Below, piece after piece: positions 29,331-39,800 of a DNA stretch of 47,675 nucleotides. Under the pieces are notes generated by a model. It made no database searches. It saw only the letters and a list, made by a program, of their open reading frames with translations, and was not told the DNA's origin. Position 1 is the first letter of the stretch. Each line of letters opens with the position of its first letter. Made by a program: the position numbers and the translations under genes. This DNA is from an uncultured Parachlamydiaceae bacterium (GTDB taxonomy: Bacteria; Chlamydiota; Chlamydiia; Chlamydiales; Parachlamydiaceae). The stretch lies in the NCBI GenBank assembly GCA_963752155.1, contig CAVVXH010000019.1, forward strand, positions 1 to 47,675, read 5' to 3'.

Positions 29331-30194
29331 ATGTTAAAAGGAATTGTCCTTGCAGGCGGAACAGGCTCCAGACTCTTCCCAGCCACAGCGGCTGTTTCCA
29401 AACAGTTATTACCGATCTATGATAAACCCATGATCTACTATCCCCTCTCTGTACTCATGCTAGGAGGTGTTCGCCATATTCTTGTGATCACTTCTCCTGA
29501 AGAAATGCCTCGCTTTAAAAAGCTTTTAGGAAATGGCAATCAATGGGGAATTCATCTATCCTATGCAATTCAAGAAGAACCTGCAGGAATTGCACAGGCC
29601 TTTATTATTGGGGAAGATTACATTGGTAAAAGCAACTGTGTATTGATTTTAGGAGACAATATTTTTTATGGAAATGACCTTAACACACTCCTTAAAGAAG
29701 CTCTTAAGAATAAGCACGGGGCCACAATTTTTGCCTATAAAGTCAATACTCCGGAACATTATGGAGTGATCGAATTTGACCAGGATGGGAAAGCCATTAG
29801 CATTGAAGAGAAACCTAAAAAACCAAAGTCTCGTTACGCAATTACAGGTCTTTACGTCTACGATAATGAGGTGATTAAAATTGCCAAATCACTGACCCCT
29901 TCTTCACGAAATGAACTTGAAATCAGTGACATCAATCGCATCTATCTTTCTCGCGGAAATCTTGATGTCAAGATCATGGGGAGAGGAATGGCCTGGCTTG
30001 ATGCTGGAACTTTTGATTCGTTACTTGAATCCTCTCTGTTCATCCAAACCCTTCAGAATCGACAAGGAGTCAAAATTGCTTGTCTTGAGGAAATAGCTTT
30101 TCGTAGAGGGTATATAACAGCAGACGAACTGAGGGCACTCGCTACACATCATGGCAATTCAAGTTATACTAGCTATCTTCTTGATCTGTTTTAA
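29331..30194 (+). CDS. rfbA: Glucose-1-phosphate thymidylyltransferase
   Basis: KGIVLAGGTGSRL, SKQLLPIYDKPMIYYPL, LILGDNIF, EEKP and WLDAGT. Confidence 0.96.
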   Translation: MLKGIVLAGGTGSRLFPATAAVSKQLLPIYDKPMIYYPLSVLMLGGVRHILVITSPEEMPRFKKLLGNGNQWGIHLSYAIQEEPAGIAQAFIIGEDYIGKSNCVLILGDNIFYGNDLNTLLKEALKNKHGATIFAYKVNTPEHYGVIEFDQDGKAISIEEKPKKPKSRYAITGLYVYDNEVIKIAKSLTPSSRNELEISDINRIYLSRGNLDVKIMGRGMAWLDAGTFDSLLESSLFIQTLQNRQGVKIACLEEIAFRRGYITADELRALATHHGNSSYTSYLLDLF

Positions 30195-31671
30195 TTTTCC
30201 TCTTGAGTCCGTCGAATTTTTTCAATGAGATTGACTTTTAGGTCGTATAACGATTTTTCCATCCCTGCGTAGTATTGATGTGGATTGATAAATCTTTTGA
30301 TTCCCGTTGGGAAAGTCGCTAACTGTTCTTTAGTGTAGTCTCGAATAGAAGCTAATGAGGGTAGTTTATACACTCGTTCTCCCTTTCGGAAAATAGGCTC
30401 AAGCAAATCTCGATTTTCGAAATTTCCTCTAATGAATTTTCTACGGGTGGGATCTAAAGAATCGACAATTTGGCAACCTTGACTCATATCAGTATGGACA
30501 TCATACAATACATCAGCAACATTCTCACCTTTATACGAAAATCTTCTCACTTGCAAAATCCCTGGAGTCGAAATTTTAATCATTTGCTCAGAAAGCTTTA
30601 GCTTATATTTCCATTCTCCACCAGGCTCTCTTAAGGCTGAAAGTTTATATACACCATCCAGAGCCGGTTGATCTTTAGCTGTAATCAAATTTGTACCGAC
30701 TCCCCAGACAGTAATCTTAGCACCTTGTCGCTTAAGTTCTGTAATCAATGTTTCGTCAAGTTCGTTGCTAGCGACGATTTGAGTCTCTGTGAAACCGGCT
30801 TCATCGAGCATTTTGCGAGCCAGAATACTCAAATAAGCCAGATCTCCGGAATCGAGGCGTATTCCCAATAATTTATTCCCATGCTCTTTCAGCCAATTGC
30901 CAACAACGATAGCCTTTTTTATCCCTTCAATTGTATTGTAAGTATCGACTAAGAAAATACATTGAGTCGGTAAGCATTCAGCAAAGGCTTGAAAAGCAGC
31001 TAGTTCATCATCAAAAACCATCACCCAACTATGTGCATGCGTTCCTTTTACCGGGATGCCAAATATTTTCCCTGCAAGGACATTCGAAGTAGAATCACAT
31101 CCTCCAATGTAAGAGGCCCGACTTGCAGTCAGTGCCCCATCTATCCCTTGTGCACGACGCAATCCGAATTCCAGTACAGGTTCTCCTCGAGCGGCTTCAC
31201 ACATTCTAGCTGCTTTCGTAGCAATGAGGCTGGGGAAATTGACTAAATTTAGCAGAGAGCTTTCTAAAAGTTGACACTGAACTAAAGGGCCTTGTATACG
31301 TAACAGAGGTTGATGAGGAAAAACAACAGACCCTTCCGGCATAGCATCGACATCACAAGAAAATTTTATGTTGGCCAAATAATCAAAAAAGGATTTCTCA
31401 AAAAGAGGACCCCCTTCAGAATTGCATAACGTTTCAAGATAAGCCAAGTCACTCGCATCAAAATGAAAATTTTCCAGAAAATCAATCACGTACTCTAAAC
31501 CAGCCGCTATTGTAAACCCTCCTTTAAAAGGAGGTTTACGGAAAAAAAGATGAAAGACAGCTTCTTGGCTATCTAGCTTTTTTTCCAATAGCCATATGAC
31601 ATCGTTATTTGATAAAGATCGGTGAGTAAAGCTAAAGAACGGCCATAAAGATGATAGATTGATTTTTCCAG
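30191..31671 (-). pseudogene. pncB: Nicotinate phosphoribosyltransferase, frameshifted at an A7 tract (true lesion, recoding or assembly error)
   Basis: The main ORF has EFGLRRAQG, GTHAHS, LVDTY, IRLDSGD and GVYKL. The conserved N-terminus LLTDLYQITMSYGYW is in another frame that ends W-K-K-S-stop at the run 31578-31584. Confidence 0.88.
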
Positions 31672-31680
31672 AGTGAATAC

Positions 31681-32019
31681 CTATTTTTGCAAAAGGGTTT
31701 CTTTTTCATCGATCAATTTTTCGATGAGGCTGTCGATAGCGTGGATCTTGGCTTTTTTAAACTGTGCGTCATGTTCAGCCTCTTGAGCATGCTTTAAGGT
31801 ATTACTCATTCCCGACCAATCGTACTCGATAAACTCCTTTTGACTTCGCATCTCTAGTTCCATCTCTTCATGTTCTTCTGTTTTGATTTCATTCCGGAGT
31901 TGTTGTTTTTGCTCCTGTAATCGACTTATTTCTTGCTCTAAAGCCTCGAGCTTCGATCTCTCAGCCATTAAAGGATGAGAACAAAAGATAAAAATTAAAA
32001 TCAATGCGACAGGCTTCAT
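31681..32019 (-). CDS. Hypothetical exported coiled-coil protein
   Basis: Signal-like MKPVALILIFIFCSHPLMA followed by E/Q/K-rich helices; alternative start at 32043. Confidence 0.7.
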   Translation of the reverse strand: MKPVALILIFIFCSHPLMAERSKLEALEQEISRLQEQKQQLRNEIKTEEHEEMELEMRSQKEFIEYDWSGMSNTLKHAQEAEHDAQFKKAKIHAIDSLIEKLIDEKETLLQK

Positions 32020-32061
32020 AAAATTCTCTTCATAATTATTCATGAGATCATTCCCCGACGA

Positions 32062-32328
32062 TTAGAAAAGTTCAGAGTGAGAGCCTATTCTTTCTAACGA
32101 TAGCTGCTCTTCATCGCTTTTATAGATCAATAAAAGATCTGGTGAAATATGACATTCACGGTGATTGACATAATTTCCAATCAGATCGTGATCTTTATTT
32201 TTTTCAGGTAATTTATGACCCTTTAAAAGGATTTTAATGATTTCTTCCAATTTGTCTTGAATTATCTTATTATGCTTAAACTTCTTTAAATCTTTTTTAA
32301 ATTTATGAGCGATTTTTAATTTAAGCAC
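32062..32328 (-). CDS. yafQ: YafQ-family toxin (second copy)
   Basis: GTG start at 32328 gives MLKLKIAHKFKKDLKK...KDHDLIGNYVNHRECHISPDLLLIY...RIGSHSELF. Confidence 0.9.
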   Translation of the reverse strand: MLKLKIAHKFKKDLKKFKHNKIIQDKLEEIIKILLKGHKLPEKNKDHDLIGNYVNHRECHISPDLLLIYKSDEEQLSLERIGSHSELF

Positions 32329-32584
32329 CTCGATCAATCCCCATCTTCTTCCAGAAATCATCTATGGAATCACACTCAATTCCACCACCTTCATCAATCT
32401 CTTTCATAGCTTCAAGAGTTTCTTTATTAGGTGTTTTTTTAGGCAAATCGCCTCTTATATAATTCAGCACAAAATCGCTCATGGTCATATGAGCTCTTGC
32501 AGCTAGCATTTTGATGTAAGCTCTTTCGTCAGGCGTACACTCTACAGTTAACTTTACTTTTTCATGGTGATGCTGGGTAGTCAT
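32321..32584 (-). CDS. RHH antitoxin with a DinJ/RelB-like C-terminus (second copy)
   Basis: KLTVECTPDERAYIKMLAARAHMTMSDFV and TPNKETLEAMKEIDEG...SIDDFWKKMG; AAGGAG RBS. Confidence 0.8.
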   Translation of the reverse strand: MTTQHHHEKVKLTVECTPDERAYIKMLAARAHMTMSDFVLNYIRGDLPKKTPNKETLEAMKEIDEGGGIECDSIDDFWKKMGIDRGA

Positions 32585-32613
32585 AAAACTCCTTCTTTTT
32601 AGCTATCAACTTC

Positions 32614-32642
32614 ATTATACGCAAACCCGAAATATTTGTAAA
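32614..32642 (-). promoter_or_regulatory. sigma70/66-type promoter of the second YafQ operon
   Basis: Minus strand TTTACA-17 nt-TATAAT. Confidence 0.6.
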
Positions 32643-32732
32643 GGTGCAATTGCACTTTTCCGTAAAGAACAAAAGAGGAGCCGTTCTGCTTCATAGCAAC
32701 TCATAAACTTAAAGTCCAGCAATTCGTAAGCG

Positions 32733-34565
32733 TTAATAGGCAAAACAATCGCAACCAAATGACCAAGGATTTAAAGAGTGTGTCTGATGCTCTTTTATAC
32801 CCAGCAATTGATCAAGCGATTGCTTTTCCACCGAACAGCAGCTGCATGCATGCTTTGCATGATAGCCACCAAAATGCTTGACAGGAGACCAATCAGGACT
32901 GATTGGTAATTCTTTGTTATCGTCCAAAGCGGAAAAATCCCCTCTAGCGTACACGATTCTACCTCCGACCATCGTCAGTTCCGCAACAATGTGTTTAATG
33001 GCCTCTTCCGTTACGTTGAAGTAATCCTCAGATAAAACAGTCAAATCTGCATATTTACCTACTTCAATAGAGCCTTTTTGGTGTTCTTCGCGGGAAAAGG
33101 CAGCGCTGCCAAGGGTATAAAGACATAAGGCCTCTAACCTATCCAGACGATTTTCTTCCCCATAGAGTGGCGTACCTCCTACAGTTTTTCCACTTACCAA
33201 CCAATAAAGAGAAACCCACGGATTATAACTAGCAACGCGCGTAGCATCGGTGCCGGCCCCTACAGGAATGCCCATTTGCAACATTTTGCGGATGGGTGGG
33301 CTGTGGCTAGCAGCCTTTTGGCCATACTTTTGAATGAAGTACTCACCCTGAAAAGCCATACGATGCTGCACTGCTATCCCGCCATTCAGAGCCTTGATTC
33401 TCGCTAAATTGGCTTCTGTGACGGTCTCAGCATGGTCAAAAAACCAACATAAATCGTTGAAGGGCACTTCACGATTGATCTCTTCAAAAACAGCTAGGGC
33501 ACGATCGATTGTTTCATTATAAGTAGCATGCAAGCGAAAAGGCCAGCGATTTTCGACTAGAAAACGGACGACTTGTTTTAGATCTCCTTCCATTCTGGAT
33601 GGCATGTCGGGCCTGGGATAAAGAAAATCTTCAAAATCAGCAGCGGAAAAAGCCAGCATCTCTCCTGCTCCATTATGTCGGTACATCCCATCGCCTGAAT
33701 AGGGTTTAACCATTTTCGACCAGCGTTGAAAATCGCTTAATTCTCCGCCAGGCTTTTGTGTAAATAGATTATATGCGATTCTAACTGTCAATTGTTGCCT
33801 TTTATGCAACTCATCGATCACCTGATAATCGTCTGGATAATTTTGGGATCCACCTCCTGCATCAATACAGCTCGTTAATCCCAGACGATTCAACTCCCGC
33901 ATAAAATGCCTAGTCGAATTAATCTGATCGTCTAATGAGAGCTTTGGTCCTTTTGCAAGGGTAGAATAGAGAATCATTGCATTGGGCTCTGCGATCACCA
34001 TGCCCGTCGGATTCCCATGTTTGTCTCGCTCGATCCTACCTCCCGGAGGATCCGCAGTTTCTTTGGTATATCCAACCGAACGCAAAGCTGCTGCATTCAA
34101 CAAAGCTCTATCATACAAATGAAGGATAAACACTGGAGTATCCGGAGCAAGAGCATTCAGTTCCTGCAATGTAGGCATTCTTTTTTCAGCAAATTGAAAC
34201 TCTGACCAACCTCCGATCACTCTGACCCATTGTGGATGTGGGGTGCGAGAGACCTGTTCCTTCAACATCTTCAAGGCAAGTCCTAAAGAAGGCACGCCAT
34301 CCCAGCGTAACTCCATGTTGTAATTGAGGCCTCCTCTGATCAAGTGCAAATGTGAATCATTCAAACCTGGAACCACTCGAAGCCGTTTAAGATCAATCTT
34401 TCGCGTGTTTTTATCGGCAAGTTGTTGTATCTGTTCATCGCTACCTAAAGCCAGAAAAACGCCATCTTTTACAGCAATCGCTGAGACTTCCGGCAGTTTT
34501 TTATCGAGCGTTGTGATCTTGCCATTTATCAGAATAAGATCAGGGGATTCAGGAGATTTCTGCAT
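32733..34565 (-). CDS. Amidohydrolase (YtcJ-like, Amidohydro_3)
   Basis: VVPGLNDSHLH, FRLHA, FDHAE, GAGTDA and GSIEVGKYADLTVLS. Confidence 0.92.
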   Translation of the reverse strand: MQKSPESPDLILINGKITTLDKKLPEVSAIAVKDGVFLALGSDEQIQQLADKNTRKIDLKRLRVVPGLNDSHLHLIRGGLNYNMELRWDGVPSLGLALKMLKEQVSRTPHPQWVRVIGGWSEFQFAEKRMPTLQELNALAPDTPVFILHLYDRALLNAAALRSVGYTKETADPPGGRIERDKHGNPTGMVIAEPNAMILYSTLAKGPKLSLDDQINSTRHFMRELNRLGLTSCIDAGGGSQNYPDDYQVIDELHKRQQLTVRIAYNLFTQKPGGELSDFQRWSKMVKPYSGDGMYRHNGAGEMLAFSAADFEDFLYPRPDMPSRMEGDLKQVVRFLVENRWPFRLHATYNETIDRALAVFEEINREVPFNDLCWFFDHAETVTEANLARIKALNGGIAVQHRMAFQGEYFIQKYGQKAASHSPPIRKMLQMGIPVGAGTDATRVASYNPWVSLYWLVSGKTVGGTPLYGEENRLDRLEALCLYTLGSAAFSREEHQKGSIEVGKYADLTVLSEDYFNVTEEAIKHIVAELTMVGGRIVYARGDFSALDDNKELPISPDWSPVKHFGGYHAKHACSCCSVEKQSLDQLLGIKEHQTHSLNPWSFGCDCFAY

Positions 34566-34568
34566 ACA

Positions 34569-35207
34569 TCAACCCTCTCTTGCGTGTTCTCCTAGGGCCC
34601 ATTTTGAAAAGCGGACCTGGGTTCCATAGGATGAATGAGCCTTAAGAATTTCGATCACCCCATCATAAGTTTCCCCACGTGCCCAATCCTGCTGTAATTC
34701 AAATAAAAATTGTAGCGAAGTAATAGGAACTGCTCCAGCCTGGATCAATCTTTCTACGCTACGCTCATGAGCTTCTTTCGAGACATCCCCGCAGGCATCA
34801 GCAGAAAAATATACCTCATACCCATCTCTTAAGAGGTCTAAAGAGGGAAACAGAACGCATGCCTCAGTCCAAAGACCCGCCAACACAATTTTTTTACGCT
34901 TGGTTGCTGCAACAGCTTCACGAAAATTTTTATCTAGCCAAGCATTAATCGCAGTTCGATCGATAATCTTTTGACTAGGGAATACGGAAGTAATTTCAGG
35001 CGAAAGCTCGCCACTAAAACTATTTTGCGCAACTGTCGATAGGATAGTGGGCATCTTAAACAATTTAGCTGTTTTCGCCAAAATGACTGCGTTGTGAGTC
35101 AACAGCAATCGATCGTGGCTTTGAACACCGAAAAACATAGCGGGCTGGTAATCGATTAAAGCGAGTGTTGCATTTTCAGGTGTTAAAAATTCTGTGAACT
35201 GGCTCAT
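34569..35207 (-). CDS. ycaC: YcaC-like isochorismatase-family hydrolase
   Basis: LIDYQP, DRTAINAW, AGLWTEAC, DACG and ELQQDWAR.ETY. Confidence 0.88.
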   Translation of the reverse strand: MSQFTEFLTPENATLALIDYQPAMFFGVQSHDRLLLTHNAVILAKTAKLFKMPTILSTVAQNSFSGELSPEITSVFPSQKIIDRTAINAWLDKNFREAVAATKRKKIVLAGLWTEACVLFPSLDLLRDGYEVYFSADACGDVSKEAHERSVERLIQAGAVPITSLQFLFELQQDWARGETYDGVIEILKAHSSYGTQVRFSKWALGEHAREG

Positions 35208-35285
35208 AGGTAATCTCCTTGGTTGACGTCAAATTATTCTTTTGTTAAAAAGATGTCAAACTATAAATTCTGAAAAAAGGTTTCT

Positions 35286-36011
35286 ATGAGAATTTCAAAA
35301 TTTTTTTTATTTGCTGCGATTGTATGGATGAGATGTACCTTGGAAGCAGTCACTCCACTTCCTGCTGTAGGTAGCGTTGCCAATCTAGGAAGTGTAAATG
35401 GGGTAGAAATCGAAGCAGTCGTGCAAAGCCCTTCTGCTCAAGAAACAGAGCTACAAGTGGTCTGCCTATTTGAATATACAGAAGGAGACATATTTAATTC
35501 TCCTCCAGCATTACCCAAAGCACTAAATGGCATGGTGCACGTTGATGAGGCCCTAAAAGGGTTAATCACAGATCTTAGAAAATCCAATCGTTTCGAAGGT
35601 AAGCTATTAGAAACATTACTCATCACACCTCCTTCAGACAGTGTAGCTGCTAAAAAATTGCTACTTGTAGGATTGGGGAATAGAAACGATTTTAAACCAG
35701 AAATCATGCGTTTAGTAGGTGTTACAGGGATGCGGGAAGCTTTACGTTTAGGAGTTTCCAACTATGCACATGCCAGCGACTTAAAAGATTCTGGAATTTC
35801 CTCTCCCACTGCAGAGGTAGCAGGCAACGTTGTCCTGGGAGCACTTGAGGCCTATCGTACCCAAAGCTACCTAAAAGGGAAGCAGGCAAGCGATGCTTTG
35901 ACAGTTACCAAAATTACTTTACTAGCAGGTCCAGCCTATTTTGAAGATTCCCAGAATGGCATCAAGAAGGTAATCAAGGTAATACCCACACTCCCCTACA
36001 AGCAGGATTGA
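35286..36011 (+). CDS. Exported protein resembling the peptidase M17 N-terminal domain
   Basis: Signal-like N-terminus; VDEALKGLITDLRKSNRFEGKLLETLL..P...AKKLLLVGLG; no M17 catalytic domain. Confidence 0.75.
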   Translation: MRISKFFLFAAIVWMRCTLEAVTPLPAVGSVANLGSVNGVEIEAVVQSPSAQETELQVVCLFEYTEGDIFNSPPALPKALNGMVHVDEALKGLITDLRKSNRFEGKLLETLLITPPSDSVAAKKLLLVGLGNRNDFKPEIMRLVGVTGMREALRLGVSNYAHASDLKDSGISSPTAEVAGNVVLGALEAYRTQSYLKGKQASDALTVTKITLLAGPAYFEDSQNGIKKVIKVIPTLPYKQD

Positions 36012-36065
36012 GTGTGCCAGGTAACTTCTATTAAGTATGCACCCCTGATTATAACATCTAAAAAA

Positions 36066-36090
36066 TTTTTGGAGTGCTGTGCCTCTGCCC
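36066..36090. repeat. Degenerate REP-like unit (GGAG class)
   Basis: TTTTTGGAGTGCTGTGCCTCTGCCC resembles 26371-26401. Confidence 0.55.
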
Positions 36091-36292
36091 ATCCTATTAC
36101 TCATAAGTCATATTTTTGCCTTTATGTGCATATTTGAGTGGAAAAAAATCTTCAATAAGTTTTAGCTAATAGAAAATTTACTGGAGATTGGCTATGAGTT
36201 GGGTTTTGGGTAAAGTAATGTATAAAGTTGTCCATATATATCAAGAACAACGAAGTACTAAAACAGAAAAGTTTAATTTTTTTTTAACGCAA

Positions 36293-36378
36293 AGAAGCAA
36301 GTGAAGGCGCAAAGGCGCAAAGAAAACGATAGTTATAATTGTATACGTTTTCTTTGCGCCTTTGGGCCTTTTGTTTCT
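36293..36378. repeat. Inverted repeat built from tandem GGCGCAAA units
   Basis: AAGGCGCAAAGGCGCAAAGAAAACG / CGTTTTCTTTGCGCCTTTGGGCCTT (one mismatch). Confidence 0.85.
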
Positions 36379-36394
36379 CCTAAATAACAAGTTC

Positions 36395-36692
36395 GCGCCT
36401 TGCCATTGGTGCCTGACCTGATATTCTGACATTTGCCTAAAATGATGATATAACCTCCCAGGAGGGCAAATATCAGAATGTCAGGTCTGGAACCAAGGCC
36501 AGACGTTACCTCTCAGAATTAAATATCTTGTTATTAATTGAAAACAACGCTTCTTTCAGTTGCGTAAATCTTGGGGGTAATGTTCCAGCCTTGGTTCCAG
36601 ACCTGACATTCTGACATTTGCCCTCCTGGGAGGTTACGTTATCATTGTAGGCAAATGTCAGAATATCAGGTCAGGCACCAATGGCAAGACGC
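36395..36692. repeat. 298-bp palindrome whose arms are themselves hairpins
   Basis: Arms 36395-36499 and 36588-36692 are reverse complements with 6 mismatches by manual count. Each arm holds two inverted copies of GACCTGA(T/C)ATTCTGA(C/T)ATTTGCC. Confidence 0.9.
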
Positions 36693-36763
36693 TTTTCCTC
36701 AAATGTTTATGCAATGGATACCCCATATTCATCGAAAAATAGATGTTATAACAATTAAAATGA

Positions 36764-36792
36764 TTGAGCTAAATTAGCGGATCTCTTATAAT
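36764..36792 (+). promoter_or_regulatory. Putative promoter of the 2301-aa gene
   Basis: TTGAGC-17 nt-TATAAT; GAGGTG RBS before the ATG at 36863. Confidence 0.5.
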
Positions 36793-36862
36793 TAAAGAAA
36801 GAGTAAGTTATTAATTTAAACTTAATATTCAAATATTCATATATTTTTTTAAGAGGTGTTTT

Positions 36863-39800
36863 ATGGAGCCAGCGTCGAAAAAAAGTCCCGATATTCTTAG
36901 AGAAGTTTCTGAATCTACAAAAATAACATCACCTGAAACAAACAAAATAGACTTTTCTAATCACGTAAATCCACTTTTATCCGAAATTAATCCTGATAAC
37001 ATGGAGTCAGCTCGCTTCAATCCCGTTCCTGACAATCCGTGGTCTGCAGTTGTTATGGATTTAGCTCATTTCTTAACGGTCGATGCTACTAAGGGTTGGG
37101 GAGCTTGGTACGGTGAAGAAAATATTTCCTCAGTCACAAAAGAAGTTTTAATCGCATTGGGTTCCATTCAGGGAAATGTTGGAAAACCTGTCGATTTTGA
37201 TGATCCCAACTTTGGCAAACATTTAATAGCCAACGTCATAGCGGTCTTATTAAATACTGATTTAACTCAATTCCCTGATACACCAGAAGGTCAACTAAGT
37301 CTTGAAAATGAATTAAAGAAATTATTTAATTTTTTATTGGAAAATGCAGGCTTTAATCCTGGACAATTAGAAAAACATTCCTTTTTAATACGACAATTAT
37401 TTGATCCAGATGAAACTACCCTCTCAAGATTAACATGGTTGGCCAGCTGTCTCACTAAAGTCCCTCCAATCAGTCGCAAAAACATTGAAGAAAAATTTGT
37501 CACCCTAGGAATGGAAATTTGCAAAGTTCAGAAGCATCTGGCAACTAAAAGTGCTGACCCGATTGTTAATCAACCTAATGGTGTTTCAGAATTTGTTGAT
37601 TATATTGTTGAAGAACAAATTTATCCTCGTATTACCGGTGGAAAATTACCAATTGAACCCAAGTTTCTTCGCAAGCAAGAAAATAGAGATTTCCTTAAAA
37701 GAGTCATTGATGAGACCCTTGCTGAAAATGAAATTCTTAGGAAAAATATTAGAGAGGCAATAACGCCGGTTTTTGACAAGTGGAATACCGGAAAGCTTAA
37801 TCCTCAAAATCTGTTAGATGAAATGATCATAAATCTTTGTCAGAACTCCCAATTATTCAAAGATTTAGATAAAGACATTTTAAAGGCAAACATCTTAAGC
37901 CAATTGAAATCCCCTACCCTTACAAAAGATTATCCTTCTCTTTTTAAAAGGGAAAATAATGATTTTTTGAAGGCTTTTGGTCTTCCTCCTACTTCGTTTA
38001 AATCCAAAAAGGATGAGAGAATACTCAGTCCAGCAGAATTTCTTATTTCAATTATTTTTAAAGCTCTTCCTGAAGAGACTCAGTCAGACAAGGATAGAGT
38101 CATCATTGATCAAGGTCTTCATCTCTTACAAGATAAATTAAAAATGTGTATAAAAGCCATTTTAGCAACTGTCCTAACTCCTCAAGGAGATGAGCTCCAA
38201 AGAGAACGTCTTAACAATTTAATTGAAGGGATACTGAATCGCCTCGTAACTGAAACTGCATCCAAAGGTGATAAAAAACCTGGTGCCTTAGATCTAGAAT
38301 TCAATAAAATTGATAATTTTAACAGTAAAGAATTAGCAGAAGAATTAAAAAAACGGCAGAAAGATGATACATTTAATCTTTATCAAAGTGAAATAAATAA
38401 TCTACTCGATCATGTCGATTATGCTTGGGAAGATTATGCTAGAGAATTAATTATTAAGGCTTGGCCTGAGAGATATAGTAGAGCTCATCCAATAAATAGA
38501 ATGAATCTTTCCAATATGAAGCGTCCTGAACTGGTACATATATTAAAGGAATTGGAGACTGAACAATCGAAGTCGGCTTTGAGACTAGAATATTCGGATA
38601 GTGCTAAAGTTCTTCTAACTAACGAGAATTTCAACTGGGTAGATAACTCACGTAAAATTTTAAAGCTAATTGAATCTGATAAAATGGCCCGATCCATTCT
38701 TAAAGATGAGTTTGCTTCAGATAAATTTAGAAATTTCTTTCCCTCTTTATACCAACCAGAACAATTTTTTGCCCAGGTTCATAAATTAATTGGTGAAAAA
38801 ATTTTTGAGTTTCACGAGCATCGGCTCGAAATAATGAAAAGGGCTGATAAAGCAGAATCTTATATCAATCATAGTAATGTGAGTGAATTACCGGATTTTA
38901 TCCAAAACTTGCTAGACTCAATTATAACAATGATAGAAAAAAAGGCTGCACGTGGAGACATCGATGTAGGATTTACATTTTTAAATGAGACTCTCGCTCA
39001 TTTATTAAAAAAAGCTGATGAAGGAGAAATTGTTTCTGTAGGAAAAATAGCCGTTAAAGAGGAAGCTAAAAATATCATCAAGAACATTTTAATGATTGTA
39101 ATTACTGAAACAATACAAAGAAATATTAAGCAATCAATTCAAGACGTAAAAGTTGGCGGCAAAGTTTCAGCTAAATCAATTAAAACTGAAATTAAAGCAA
39201 ATGAAGCTTTTGCCAATTTAATCAATAATTTTATTAATGATTCTTTAAATGGATTCAATGGAGTTTTTGAAAAATGTCAAGCAGTAAGTCATGCTGATGA
39301 TAATACAATCAAAGGTCTAATAGTGAATCTCAGCAAAGAACTTAAAATCGACGATTTAGAACTCGCAGAAAATTCAGTAGACCTTAAAGAACAGTATAAA
39401 GACTTACTTCTTAGATCATTGACAAGAAAAGTATTTGCCGATTTGATGCCTGAAGATTTATTTACCTCACTGCTTCCACCAATGTTAATTGAAGGGAAAA
39501 TATGGGAAATGATTTCCGACGGAGTACTCACCCCTTACATTACCGGAATTTATGAAAAGACAACTGAAGCAAAAAAACTCCTTCTATCGGCTGAAGATAA
39601 GAAGCGGTTTGGTCCTTTAATTGATGATCTAGTCGAAATGGCATTAGATTTGATACCTGAGATAGAGATCGGAGATATGGTAGAGGCCGATGAAAATGCC
39701 GACCTCGATTACTCTTTCTTGGATAAGTTATTTAAAAATGCACTTCAAAAAAATGGTCAGTTTGCAAGTTTGATCGAAAAAGCTCTTCCAAACATTGTTC

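Noticed and set aside
28310..30194. Missing rmlC/rmlD as a broken pathway
   Set aside because: These genes may lie elsewhere, and RmlA/RmlB also feed other dTDP-sugar pathways.
31669..31683. Stop-codon readthrough fusing the 120-aa ORF to pncB
   Set aside because: The frames do match, but fusing an exported protein to a cytoplasmic enzyme is implausible, and a one-in-three coincidence explains it.
36241..36432. 63-aa minus-strand ORF
   Set aside because: It is a read-through of two repeat elements and probably spurious.
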